A stretch of 64,000 bases of DNA from Cyanophora paradoxa CCMP329 (Eukaryota; Plantae; Glaucophyta). The stretch covers positions 1 through 64,000 of the forward strand of contig QPMI01000578.1 of NCBI GenBank assembly GCA_004431415.1. The letters are read 5' to 3'. The position numbers and the translations under genes are program-made. The notes under the pieces were generated by a model. It saw only the letters and a list, made by a program, of their open reading frames with translations. It made no database searches and had not been told where the DNA came from. Positions 22,370 to 35,343 of the stretch are shown one piece after another; position 1 is the first letter of the stretch; each line of letters opens with the position of its first letter.

Positions 22370-22659
22370 CCGTCGGGCACCGCGGCACTAAATTACCGCG
22401 CGCGGCATGAATTACCGCGTTAGAAACTCCGGCACGAGGCCTAGGGTGGCCAAAATACCGCGGTACCAAATTACCGCGTTTTAAAAATCTTGAGGCTTGT
22501 TTGGGGCAGTAATTGTGGGGGGTACTGTATGGAGCAACTTGTCTGCAGCTTGTTACCGCGGTACCAAATTACCGCGTTTTAAGTTAACTTAACAAATTCT
22601 CGACGCGGTAATTTGGTACCGCGGTAATTAAGTGGGTGCGGTATTTATGTGTTCTACGG
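22370..22659. mobile_element. Probable Tc1/mariner-type MITE with AAATTACCGCG internal repeats
   Basis: TA|CCGT...ACGG|TA ends; repeated CGCGGTACCAAATTACCGCG in both orientations; related diverged sequence at ~20213-20395. Confidence 0.5.
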
Positions 22660-23011
22660 TAGTCTTGAAGGCCCAGGTGAGCCGCTGAGCACATGTACAG
22701 TGAGCAGCCGCTGAGCTCAGCCTTAGCATAGTAGTACAGTTAGCGGCGAAGGCGAAGGCGTGCGCGGCAGTTCTCGCGCCTCAGAAGCCCTCGTTCATCA
22801 GCCGAGGACTTCAGGCTTCTCGCGATCGGTGCGCCTCGAGCTCGCTATCGCTTGACCAGACCTAGGCGACCTCGTTTCCCCGGCCCGGCTTTCCCCGGTC
22901 GCGCTCGGCGGTTTTTCTGGCCTTGCCGAGTACGGATCGCTTGTTGGCTGCCCAGATCTCGGCTAACCGCCCTCGCCCTCGTCCTCGCCCGCAGATTTCA
23001 CGCGTATACCG

Positions 23012-26000
23012 ATGAAGAACGCCCGTGCGGCTCTTCTCGTCGCCCTCGGGCTCCTGGCCCTGGCGACTGGCGCCGTCGCAACTTGCGTGGCTCCCCCGCC
23101 ATTCGAGAACACCGGCCGGAACGCCGCGCAGAACTGTTACAGGTTCAATCTGGTTCAATTACGTGAGCCTCCAGGCCTTTGACTCTGTTTGCGTTCAGGT
23201 CTACTTGCGATGACACGAACTGCTACATCATTTGCAGCGCATCTCTGTCCAAGGACACAGGCGGGAGCAAATACGAGGCTGTGTGCGTACTCGTCAATGC
23301 TGTGCTGTCGAATCGTGTGGGTGAACGGCTCCTGACGTCCGGGCGCACAGCAAGCCCGACTTGTTGAGGGTGTGGGTGACCAAACCCGGCGTCGGCAACA
23401 CTCTCGGAACCACCGCAGACCCAGACGTCCTGGTGTACGGACAAATTCGTACGAATATCCTCAATGAGGAGCAGCTCGCGGAGGGCGGAAAGGTCACAAT
23501 CACGACACTTACGCACACCACGGTTGCCGCCGATAAAACGTACTACCTCCTTACCTACAAGATCTCCTTCTCGAAGAACAGCGAGGTTGCGCGCTGCTCC
23601 TCCAAAGTCAAGAACTTTATTCTCGTGCGTTCAGGGCGCTGCTTTGCTGTTCCATCTCGCTAACGCGTATCAGGGCGGCACCGATTGCGCTAACACGGAT
23701 GTCGAAGCGTGGGCAGTGGAGAACAGCGGACAGCTCGCGACCGAGTTTCTGCAGCCCACTGGTGGCCTTGATGGCACCGTGAACGTTAATTGCATGCCCG
23801 AGCCTACGCCGACCCCCAGTCCGTCGGCGCTGCCGCCGCCGCCGGGCCCTGACTCCACTCCGGAGCCGCCGCCGCCGAAGGTTCTGTACCCGCCGGAGGA
23901 TGTGAAGATCAACCCCCTGGCCTTCAGCTACGATACCGGCTACCCGGCGACCGTCTCCTGGACGCCTTCCACGCAGACGAACGCAAAGACCGAGGGCGTT
24001 TACGTGCGCCCTCAGTTTGAAACATAATTATTGATTGAAATTGTGCTGACCAGGCTTTGCGCATGCGCAGTACAAGATCGATATCCTCCCTCGTGCGCTC
24101 GCCTCTGTGCGCTTCTCCGTCTTGCGCATGCGTTGACCCCGCATTCGCTTGCAGCCTCGAAGCCTGATGATATTATGGTCTGCCCTTACGCGTCTAGCCA
24201 TCCGGCTCACAACCAGAACCTCACGGAGACCGGCACTGCTGATATTGATCCAGCGGTTAGCCCGCAGAGCGTCAACTACCTCTGCCCCGGTTAGTAGTTT
24301 TCGGATATTCCATTCGTGTTCCGTGTCAAGTCTCACATTCGTTTAGGCTACACCTACACGGTTATTGTCGCTGCCTGCACCGACAGTCCTGTCGAGTGCA
24401 AGTCGGCTACGGTCACCCGCACTATGTCGGGTTCGCACGTGCTTTAGTGCACTCCACCCTAGGTTCCAGCGTGCATTGAGATCTTTGGCAGCCGTGGCAC
24501 CGACGATTCCGAAGTGGAACAACGCCCCCATCGAGCCGACCGCCGCTGACTTCACCTTCCCGGCTGGCACGGCAATCACCGCCTCCCACAATGCCAGCTA
24601 CGACGGCGGCAAGCCCCTGACTAGCTACACCGTTACGCTGACCCCCGTCGGCACCGAGGCGGGTTGCCCCGGCACCACCCACGACAAGTCCCCGTTCGAG
24701 GCCGTGGATGGCGTCTTGACCACTAACACTCTGAACACTGGCCTGTCCGTCAGCACCTACCTTTGCCCTGGTATGCGATTTTTGATCGACTTTCGATCTA
24801 CACTGTCTTGCTTACTCGCTTCTGCAGGCAACAGCTACACCCTGGCCGTGAAGGCTTGCAACGCCGAGTACTGCAGCGATGCTGCTGCATTCCCCGGTGC
24901 CGGTGGCATCGACATGACCACCGTCACTGCTCCTGGTGCGCCGTCTTTTTGACGCGTGCTTCCCAGTTTTGACGAGCCGCTTCCCGCAGCTGTGGCCCCT
25001 GTCTGCGGCGTGCCCCTTCCGGCTACGGTGCCCAGCTACATTTCCGGGCCTTATGGTTCGTCGTCGACATAATGTATGCCACGATATTTTTGGTTGTTGA
25101 CATGGGCTCAGGTGGCCAGTCGGTCAAGAGCGTAGACCAGCTCAAGGCGCTGTTCCCGGATATCGAAGGCGAAAGCCCGCTGCTCGAGTGGAGCGACATT
25201 GATCAGACCCTCTACGGCTTTAAGGACGCCGTCGTCTACTGGCCGAAGATGGCTTACCAGGGCGGTGCCGGCCAATCTGCGTCAAGTGCGAACTCTATGC
25301 TGGTGCTGCCGAACCGCTAAGTTCTAGCTCTAATGAAAAACTGCTGTTGCACAGAGTACAACATCACCCTCTTCCGTTACATCCGCGGCGCGAACGGCTA
25401 CGCCCCCGACAAGTACCAGACTTTCTACGTGCGCCCACGCTGCTCGAACCTCGCGCCCATGATCCCATCGGCCGGGCGATGACCGGGTGACCGCGTAGGT
25501 GGCCGGGACTCTTGTCGACGACGCCGTCAACTTTGCGTACGCGACCAACATCCAGCCCACGCACTGCGTACGCTCCACCTCCCCCCGGGATCCTCTTCCC
25601 CGGTGAGCTTATCCCTTGCGTCCTCAGTACGGGATTTCCGTCAAGATCTGCAACGCTGTGGGCTGCTGCACCCCCAGCTCCAACCCGCCCACTAGCACGG
25701 CCGACACCACGGCGCCGAATGCGTGGTTCCAGCCTTGTGCGCTCCTCTGGTTGTGATTTGACTCTCGCATCTGTGTCGCTTACTCCTCCACTTCGACTGC
25801 AGCCCAGAACTTCGCGAACAAGAACTCGCGCGAGCCGACCGACCGCACTTTCTGCGTCGCCATCAAGCCCCTCCGGACCACGTTGTCCACCACCATCAAG
25901 TCCATCGGCATTGACTTCGGCTCGTCGGGCGCTGGCGTCGCCGACGCGAGCTCGGCCGCCGCCGCTCGCTCCGCCTCGACCGCCTCGACCTCGGGCACCT

Positions 26001-26403
26001 CCAACACACTCCTCGCCGTCGCCATCGGTGCGCGCCGGCCTCTTCATCGCAATCCGTGTCCGGTTCTTACTGTCTCCTCGCAGCCGTCCCCGTGGGCGTT
26101 GCGGGCCTCGCCATCGGCGCCGTGCTCGCCGCGATGGTCATCACGCGCAACCAGGTCCGCGCCGCGACTATGGCCGCCGTCGGCGCCGGCAGCCGCGGCC
26201 AGACCCTGGTGCGCGATTTCGAGCCGCGTTTCTCCTCGAGCTCGTTCTTTTCTGAACGCCCCCCGCAGAACATCCAGCCGGCCTCGTTCGACTCGCGCCC
26301 GCGCTCGGCCTCGACGGTCATGCTCATGGGCCCCGAGGAGGAGGCCCAGGAGGCCGCCAACATGCGCCACCGCGAGCCGGCCACCCCCGAGTTCGACGTG
26401 TAA
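23012..26403 (+). CDS. Type I membrane protein with signal peptide, Pro-rich linker and fibronectin type III-like domains (multi-exon)
   Basis: MKNARAALLVALGLLALATGAVA signal; PEPTPTPSPSALPPPP; VSWTP, YTVIVAAC, YTVTLTP, YTLAVKACNAEYCS; TM AVPVGVAGLAIGAVLAAMVIT; stop at 26403; many short introns. Confidence 0.78.
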
Positions 26404-27494
26404 ACCGCGTCTGCTCCCAGCTTTATCTTCTCTTCTTAATTCGGCCCGACACTGTGACATGCGCGTAGTGATCAACAGTTAGGCCGCGCGTAGCTTTGCG
26501 CTTAGTTTTCTAGAACGGCTTGTACAGTGCAGAGCCGATCGCGACGTCATTTTATAAGTGGCAATCGGCTCAAGCACAGGATTCCCATGTTTGCCTGCTC
26601 GATTTGTAGTAAGTGTGCTTCGTTAAACGTTTCAACGCGCGTAGTGCTTGCAATCGCCATTCAGAACTCTTCCGCGGAGCTCTCCATCATAATTTCTTCA
26701 GCCAGCAGCTGTGTACATGTGTCAGTGGGAACCTGTCCTAGCATGTAAATGCTTTGGCTTTTCCCAGAGTCTGTGTGCCCTAGGCTTGTTGTGCAGTAGC
26801 TCAGCGGCTTAGCCTGCAGCGTTCACCCCGATTCAGCCCTAGCCTGTTACTTCGAATTTCTGAGAAAAATGCAAAAACACAATCATTCCGATGATTCCAG
26901 TGGCCTGAAAGCTCGTTCTCGACCGGTACCGTTCCACAGCTCATGATCATGATCACCTGCCACATGTACGTGTACATCGATATCATATGATCAACCAATT
27001 CGTCTACCTCGGGCGCCCCCCGAGCTCGAGCTAGCGTTCGAGGTCCGACGGTCGCGACGAGGCGCCGGCGTTTTATACGATAGGCGCCGGCCGCGGCACC
27101 CTGTCGCTCTAGATCTAGATCTCTAGATCGATCATCGGATATACTAGACTGATATATCTCACGCGTACGAGTGTAGTCAAGCTGCAGCTGCGCTAGCTAT
27201 AGCGCTAGGTATACGTAGCGCTGTATACGTAGCTAGCCGCGCGCTTACTAAGTTAACTAGCTTGCGAACTTTTCAAGTTTCGGATCCGGAACGCTGCGGC
27301 CGGCGGCGGCGCCGGCCGCGCGCGGATCGATATCCGCCGGGCCGGACATGTCGCCAGCTGCAGCGCCGCAGCGGCAGTTGCACTTGCGCGTCTCTTCGCG
27401 CTCTGCGCGGGCGGCGATAACTTAGGTTGCAGAGAGCGAGAACTTCGCCGAGAAGAGGGGGGGGCCGGGGGGGGGGGGGGGTAGAGGCCAACCC

Positions 27495-30400
27495 ATGCCG
27501 CGGCCGCGCGAGGCGGGGGCGCTGGCCAAGCTCCTCTGGCTGGGCGCGCTTCACCTGGCTGGCCTGCTGCTCTTCACGCGCGGCTTCTTCCTTGTCCGGT
27601 TTGAGGTCCCGCTCTCCAGCAGCTGCAGCTCGAGCCCGTCGCCGTTGCTGGTCGCGCACGGCGGCGACGCGGCGTCCGGGAAGCTAGCCGGCTTCAATGA
27701 GACGGTTTCCGGCTCCGCCCGGTCCGGCGATGCGGGGGCAGCGTCGGCGAAGGCCGGGTGTTGGCTCCCGCGTTCCTTCCGGCGCGTCGTCGTCCTCATC
27801 GTCGACGCGCTGCGGTACGACATGCTGGAGCCCGACGACGGCGCCGGCGAGTCGCACTTCCGCAACGGGTTCGGCGTCGTGCGCGAGTACCTCGAGCGGC
27901 ACCCGGGCCGCACGAAGCTGCTGCGGGGCGTCGCCGACGCCCCCACGATGACGATGCAGCGCATCAAGGGCCTCACGACGGGCGGCGTGCCGACCTTCGC
28001 AGACGTCCGCTCGTCGTTCGGCAGCGAGGCGATCGTGGAGGACAATTTGATCGCACAGCTGGCGCGGGCCGGCCGCGGGGCCGTCTTCATGGGAGACGAC
28101 ACGTGGGAGAGCCTCTTCCCCGACTCGCTGCGGCCGCCGCCGTTCGTGCGGCGCTACCCGTATCCCTCGCTGGACGTGCACGACCTGCACACGGTCGACC
28201 GCGGCGTTCTCGCGCATCTCTACGACGAGCTCGCGAGGGGCGACTGGGACCTGCTCGTCGCTCACTTCCTGGGCGTCGACCACGTCGGGCACCGCGCGGG
28301 GCTCGACCACCCGCTCATGCGCGAGAAGGTCGCCGAGCTCGACGCCGCCGTCCGCCGCGCGCTCGAGGCGGTCGACTCCGCCGCGCGGCGCGAGGCGCCC
28401 GGAGACGGGACTCTCTTCGTTCTCATGGGCGACCACGGAATGGTCCGGCCGCGAATTCGAATCCGAAAACTCGAATTTGATCCGAATTTGATCGCGGCGC
28501 GCGCAGACGGCGACGGGCGACCACGGGGGCGAGACGCCCGAGGAGACGGAGGCGGGATTGTTCCTGTACTCCCCCGGCTCCGACTGGCCCGAGCTCGAGC
28601 CGTCCTCCCCCTGGCACCTGCCCCGCGGCGCCCGCGTGCCCCAGGCGAGCCGCCCTCGCCGCCCCGGCCCCCGTACCCCCCTTCCCGACCGCCCCGGCAG
28701 GTCGACCTGACTCCGGCCCTGTCGCTCTCCCTTGGCCTCCCCATTCCCTTCGCCAGCGTCGGCCGCGCCCCGCCCGGCCTCCTCCCGTACGCCTCCCGCC
28801 CCCGCGGCGTCTCTGGGGCCCTCTCTCGGGCCCTGGGAGCCCTCTGGGGGGTACCGGACTCGGGAGCCGCCCACGCCGCCCACGCCGCACGGGCTCTCCA
28901 CCTCAACGCCTGGCAGGCGCGTACCCGCCCGCTTTCCGGTACCCCCGGCCGCCGCCACTCACTGCCCGCGCAGCTGAGGCGGTTCGTGGGAGAGTACAGC
29001 CGGACCGCCCCGGGTCAGCTTGACCCCGATCGCCTCGCCCACATCTCCGTACCCTCTCTCTTCCCCCGCTCGCCCGTTCCCCTCCGCCTCGCCGACCCTG
29101 CGCCGCCCGCAGCGCCTGTTCGACTCCGCTGAGGACCGATTCCGCGCCCTGCTCAACGGAACTTCCTCCCCCGACCGCGCGGCGTACGATGAGGCGAGCG
29201 TACCCCCCTCTCCGAAATCACGTACCCGCGACACGTAACCTTCGCAGGCCGCGGCGGGGTACGACGCGTTCCTCCGCGAGGCGGCTGCGCTCTGCCGCCG
29301 CAGCTGGGGTGCGTTCGCCTCCGTCCCCCCTTCGGGGTCACGGCGAGACCGCCCGTTGACGCTGCGGGGGGTACAGGCACGCTGGACCGCCCCACGATGG
29401 CTTGGGGCGCGGCGGTCCTCCTCGCGTCCCTCCTCTGCGCCCTCTGCATGGCGAGCGTCCCGTACCCACCCCTTTGAACCCGTACCCCCCTCTTACGAGC
29501 TCGGTGTACCCCCCTTCAGGTCCTGGACCCTTCGGACCCTGCGGCCCGCTGGGCCCCCGCCGCCCTCCGCCCCGCCGCCGGCGCCGCCCTCGGCGCCGCC
29601 CTCTTCTCCGCGATCTGCCGCCTCGCCCCGCCCGCCCCCGGCCCCGCCCTCTTCGACCTCGTACCCCCCTCGGGCCTCGTCCCCCTCGCCTCGGCGGCGG
29701 GGTACCTCGCCGCGCGGGGCCGCGGCGGGGCACGGCGCCTGGCGCGGGCCCTGCGCCCGCCCCGCTCGGGCGCGGACGCGGCAGCATGGGCGGGCGCCCT
29801 CCTGACCGCCGCCCACGCCCTGGGGCTCCTGTCCGTCCATTTCGTGGAGACGGAGCACGCTGCGGCCCCGTCCCTCGCCGCCCTTCTCCTCGCCCTCGCC
29901 GCCGCCCGGCCCCTCTGGCCCGGCCCCCGCCCCGGCCCCGCCTCGCCCCCCGCCTCGCCCTCCCCGTCCGCCTCGCCCCCGCCGCACTCCTCCTCCGGAT
30001 CGCTCGGCTCGCTCTCCAGCCCGAGCCTCCGGCGGCTCGGCTTGGCGGCTCGGCGGGGCAGCCTGCGCAGCAGCAGCGCCGGCAGCGTTGCCGGGGACGA
30101 CGACGCGGGGTCCGAGCCCGGCGCCCCGCGGCGGGCCCGGCGCCCCGCCCCTCCTCCTCGCCCTCTGCCTCCGCCGGGCGCGCCCTCCTCGCAGCGGCTC
30201 TGGTCCGCCTCGCGGCCGAGGCGTCGGTGGTGGGCGGCAAGCCGGCCCCGGGGGCCGGTCCCCTCGAGGGCGCCGCCCGCGCCTACGCGCCCCTCGCCCT
30301 CCTCTGGGGTACCCTCCTCGCCTCGCCCCCCGCCGGGGTACGCCGCCGCTTCCTCGGGGCGGGCGCCCTCGGGGCGGTCCTCACGGCGGGGTACTGGCTC

Positions 30401-31189
30401 CTGGGGGACGCGGGCCGGTTGGACGACGCACCCCTCGCCCGCCTCGGCCTGCCCCGAACCGTGTACGCCCTCTCGCTGGCGTCGGCGGCGCTGGCGGCGC
30501 GGGGCGGGCCGCCCGGCGCCCGCGCCGCCGCCCGCGAGCTGTCCCTCTCCCTCCTGCCCGCCCTCCTCCTCCTCGCGGGCCCCACCGCGCCCCTCCCCTT
30601 CGCCCTCGTCGCCGCCGCCCTCCGCCTCGCCTCGGGCTCCGGGTGGGGCGTACCCCCCGGGGATGCCTCCTCCCCCCGCCCCGCGGAAACGGCGTACCGG
30701 TCCCTGGCCCTGGCGGCCCTCGGGCAGGCCCTCTTCTTCTCCACGGGCCACCGGATGGGCTTCGCGTCCCTTCACTACCACAGCGCATTCTTCGGCTTCG
30801 ACAAGTTCGAGTACGCCCTCTCCGGTACCCTCCTCGCCCTCAACACCTTCGGGCCCCTCCTCCTCGCCGCCCTCGCCCTCCCCGCCCTCCTCCCCCGGGG
30901 CGCCCTCCCCAGCGCGCCGTACCCCCCCGCCACGACGTCCTCCCAGGAGCGCGCCCGGGCGGCGCTGCTCTTCCCCCTGTACCACTCGCTGCAGGCATTC
31001 GCCTGCGTGGCCTTCATCGCCGCCGAGCCCCGGCACCTTCTCATGTGGTCCCTCTTCGCCCCCCGCTTCGTCTTCGCCGCCGCGCACGCCGCCGCGGCCT
31101 TCGCCGCCTCCGCGGCGGCCGCCGCGCTGCCCCTCCTCCGCGCCCGGCCGGCGCCCTCGAGCTCGGAGGGCAAGGCACATCCGGAGTAG
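27495..31189 (+). CDS. PIGO: GPI ethanolamine phosphate transferase 3 (PIG-O/Gpi13), multi-exon
   Basis: FTRGFFLVR, IVDALRYD, DAPTMTMQRIKGLTTG, EDN, FMGDDTW, AHFLGVDHVGH, GDHGM|TATGDHGG, VPQ|VDLTP, FFSTGH, LNTFG, RHLLMWSLFAPRFVF. Confidence 0.93.
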
Positions 31190-31326
31190 GCGCCTGGCTG
31201 GCCGGCGCGCCTTCGAGCTCCGCCCCCCACAATGTAACAGTACTAGTCAGTAGTTCAAGTATTATGAAGTATCATGAGTGCAGCTCATGAGCAGCACTAG
31301 GAGGGGACCCGGGAAGGGATCCGGCC

Positions 31327-32788
31327 CTAGAGCTGCCGCCGCCTGCGCAGCGCGGGCCGCAGCGGCTCCAGCGGCCGCGCCCGCATCAGCACCGCCGCCG
31401 CCTCCACTTCATCGTCCCCCTCCTCCTCCTCTTCTTCTTCCTCCTCCTGCTCCTCCTCCTCGTCCTCGTCGTCCAGCGGGGCGCCGGCCATGCCGCCCCT
31501 CAGGCTGCCGCCCTGCGCCGCCGCCGCCGCCACGCGCTCCGCGAAAGACCGGCCCCGCGGCGGCGGCGGCGGCGGAGCGGCCGAGAGAGCCGCCGCCATG
31601 AGCCGCTCGTACTGTTTGGGGGGTACAGACACGCCGGCCGCCTCCCCCGCCGCCCCGCACTCGCCGTACAGCGCACCGGCCTCCCCCAGGGCCTCCGCCG
31701 CGCCCCTCAGAATCGGCGTATCCCCCTCCTCCAGCCCCCCGTCCTCGGCCCGATCCCTGGCCAGGACGGCCAGGGCCCGCAGGAGGTGCCCGGCGGAGCG
31801 CAGTACCCCCGCGTGGGCGTCGTGCGGCCGCGCCAGGCCCTCGATCCCTCTCCACAGCGCCTTCAGCTCTGCGGGCGGCCGCGGCTCGGGATCGGCGGCT
31901 CGGGGGCGGCCGCGGGAGGAGGGGGGGTGGGGGGCAGAGAGGCGGCGTACCCGTCCGGACCCGCTCGTCCCTCTTCATGCGGTACCCCATGTAGATCACG
32001 ACCGCGAGGAGGCTGCGAGGGCTTCAGTGGGCCCTCGGAAATCTGGCAGATTCCCAGGCGGGTCTACGCATCTACATGGCTCACCCGAGGCTCCCGAGGA
32101 TGGCAATCGTCAGCGGGAGAACGTAGAGGAGCGTGGCGCTGAGGGAGGCGGCGGCGAGGCCCAGGGGTCCGCCCGGCGGCAGCGGCGGCCCCGTCCTCGG
32201 GGCGTGCTCGCGGAAGCCGCGGCGGAGGATCTGATCCACGATGCGCGAGGTGCGCTGCTCCTTGAACTTCAGCTGCTGCGCGTCCTCGAAGCGAGCGAGC
32301 GCGACGTCCCGCAGCCGCTCCAGCGCCGCTACTTCGTCGTCCTTCTCGTCCTCGTGCTCGACCTCGTCGCCGGACTCGGGGCGGCAAAGCTCGCAGCGGT
32401 CCTCGCAGTCCTCGAGGCATCGCAGCACGCGGTGCCGCACGCAGAGGGCCGCGCGGCCGCAGAACTTGACCGAGTGGAGGCTGCTGCTGACCAGTCCGCG
32501 CAGCGCGTCGAGCTGCGCCTCGGCCAGCTGCTGCTTGAAGGCGTGGCCGAACGCGTCGACGACGCGGCGGGTGCTGACGTGCATGTCTATGACGCCGTCG
32601 CTCCTCGCTTCGCGCAGAGCTTTCCGCAGGGCGCGCGTGGCGTCCCCGAGCTCTGGGTAGGCTGGGGCGGGGCTGTCCTCGGGCAAGGGTTCAAGGCCCG
32701 CCCGCGCGCTCGCCGCTGCATCGCTGCCGCGCGCGCCAGAAGCGACCAAGCTCGGCTGCCGATCGTGTCCCGGGCCTCGCCGTTGCAT
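31327..32788 (-). CDS. Hypothetical membrane protein with acidic C-terminal tract (probably 3 exons)
   Basis: ORF 32081-32788 splices to LLAVVIYMGYRMKRDE, completing a TM helix, then to ELKALWRGIEG...EDEEEE...RRRRQL*. Codon usage is host-like. Confidence 0.55.
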
Positions 32789-32994
32789 GGCCGCCGGCCT
32801 CGAGCAGTCGCCGAGATATCGCGTACCCCAGTTCGTGCGAGGCTCGTAATTCGGCAGCGAAAGCTTGCGGTCGTGTTTGTTTCGGCTAGGAGCTGCTAAC
32901 AGCGACCTCTCTGTAGCCCCGAGGCACCCCGAGGTAGCTTCACATCCAGCTGTCGGACGGGCCTAGCCCCGTATGCCTTTCAGGGTCTACCGCT

Positions 32995-35343
32995 ATGGCT
33001 GCTAGCAGCCTTCATGTGACGACGGGGTTCCTGTCGGCGGCCGGAGCGGCCGGCGCGCAACTCGTGCGCCGGCCGCCCGCGCGCGCAGCCGAGGTTTGCA
33101 GCCTCGACGACGCGGGCGCCGAGGAGATTTCCTTCGAGCCAGCAAAGGATCGTGTTGCTGTCGGTAACGTGTCGGCGGAGTTGCGCGCTTCCCTCAGCGA
33201 CGCACAAATCGTGAAGATCCCGACGTGGGAAGTTTCTCGATTCTTCGCGAAGCCGACGCTCCTGGACAACTGCCGCTTCATCAGCGTTCCGCATGCCTTC
33301 AGCGTTGGCACCATCGGCATCAGCGAAGCGGAGGCGCTGCAGGCCTGGCAGATCGTGTGTAAGCTCGGCGGTTCGCCCGCGGCTGGCCCCAACCCCGGCC
33401 CCAACTGGCGCGGCATCATGGGCTTCAGCATGGGCCCCAACAACATTACCCGGTTCATCAACCGGCTCATCCACCGGCTCGGCGGTGCCCGGAGCGGTGG
33501 TTCGCCGGATCTTGACGACAGCGTCGGATATGATCTCACGGCTGTCAAGCGGAAGATCCACGTCGCCTGGCTCGGCAAGAAGTCGCCTTTCTGCGGCAAC
33601 GTGACCTACGGCAACGAAGTCACCGGCCACCTCAAGAAGCGCGGCTACCGGGTCAGCATGTACCACTTCTCCCAGGAGGCGAAGAACGGGCAGGAGGGCG
33701 ACAACATCAACATCACCGATCGCCTCCGCCGCGCCGCCGCCGGCCAGCTTCCGGGCCTGAAGCAGAACGCTTTCGTGGCCGCGAAGAAGGACGGTGTCTT
33801 CGAGGTCAGCCTCCCCTGCGTCTACAAGGGCCAGGTTCGCCCCTCTATCCCTCTTTCCTTCTTTCTTTTCTCTCTCCTGAAGCCGCCGGCAGGTGTACAC
33901 GATCCCCACGCCGAGCTCGACTACGGTCTTCAGCAACTCGCTCCAGAGCCTGAAGCCCGACATCGTGCACGCCTCTCTCACGCTCTCCCCGCTCGACTTC
34001 TTCCTCCCCGAAATCTGCGCCGAGCTCGGCGTTCCCTTGGTCGGTCCCTGCCCATCATTCGCTCCTCGTTCATGTGAGGCGCCCGTCCGCTCACGCCCCG
34101 CGCGCACCGCAGGTCGCGACCTTCCATCCGCCCTTCAGCGCGAAGAGGAAGAGCATCACGCAGAACGCCCAGCACCTCGTGTACAAGGCGCGCCCGGCCG
34201 ACGCTTCCCGCGCCCAGCCCCCGCTTACCGGCCGCCGCCGCAGCTGTACGCTCCCTTCTTGGCGAACTACGACCGCGTGATCATCTTCTCGGAGATGCAG
34301 GTGCCCCGCACGCGCCACGCGCCACGCGCCGCCACACGCGCCAGCGCGCCTCACGCCGCACCCCGCCCGCAGCGCGACGTCCTCGCTCAGCTCGGCGTGC
34401 CCGTCCGCAAGATCGCCGTGATCCCCAACGGCGTGGACCCGGACAAGTACTGTCCCGGTGCGCGCGCGCGAGCTCGAACGTTAGGATTTCGAGCCCCGCT
34501 GAAGAAGCGACGCGCGCGCGCGCAGGCAAGTCGAACCTGCGGCGGGAGCTCGGCAACCCGGAGTCGATCTACGTCTACATGGGCCGCATCGCGCCCGAGA
34601 AGAACGTCGAGGCGATGCTCCAGGGCTGGGTCGCGGTGCGCGCTGCCGAAATTGATCGGACCGGGCCCGGCTGACGCCCCTTGCCGCCTCACAGGCGAAC
34701 ATGGGCCCGAAGGCCAAGCTCGTCGTCGTCGGGGCGGGCCCGCTCATGCAGGGACTCCAGCAGACCTACGGCGAGAAGCAGGGGGTCGTCTGGAAGGGTG
34801 CGCCCCTCGGATCAAATTCGTGCAGAATTGATTGCTCTGTAACCGTTCCTCGCTTTCCCCGCAGGCTTCATCTCGGACGAGGCGACGCGCATCGAGATCC
34901 TGCGGGGCGCCGACGTCTTCATCCTGCCGTCCCTCGTCGAGGGCCTCTCCCTCTCGCTCCTCGAGGCGATGGCCACCGGCTGCGCCTGCGTCGCGACCGA
35001 CGCGGGGGCGGACGGCGAGGTCATCGCCGGGGGCGCCGGCATCGTCATGGACACGATGAAGGACGTGGCGCAGCAGCTCGAGGTGATTCTGCCCGTGCTG
35101 CGCGACCAGCCGGAGCTGCGGCGGGCCATGGGCCAGAAGGCCCGGCAGCGCGTCCTCGAGAAGTACACCCTCCGCGACAACATCGACCGCGTGGAGGCGC
35201 TCTATGCGACCGTGCTGAAGGAGCGCGCGGCGCAGGCCGACGCCGGCACGACCGCGCTCCGCCGGACGGGCCCGCTGCCGTGGTTCAGCCGCCTCTTGGC
35301 GCCCTCGAAGGAGCCGGCGCTCGCGGCCCGCGCCGGCGTGTGA
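32995..35343 (+). CDS. dgdA: Cyanobacterial-type digalactosyldiacylglycerol synthase (GT4), plastid-targeted, 7 introns
   Basis: HVAWLGKKSPFCGNVTYG, LPCVYKGQ|VYTIP, PDIVHASLTLSPLDFFLPEIC, ATFHPPF, VIPNGVD, YMGRIAPEKNV, FILPSLVEGLSLSLLEAMATG..VATDAGADGEVI; Ala/Ser-rich N-terminal presequence. Confidence 0.88.

Noticed and set aside
32995-35343. Alternative call as sulfolipid synthase SqdX or generic GT4
   Set aside because: AWLGKKSPFCGNVTY and HASLTLSPLDF are characteristic of DgdA.
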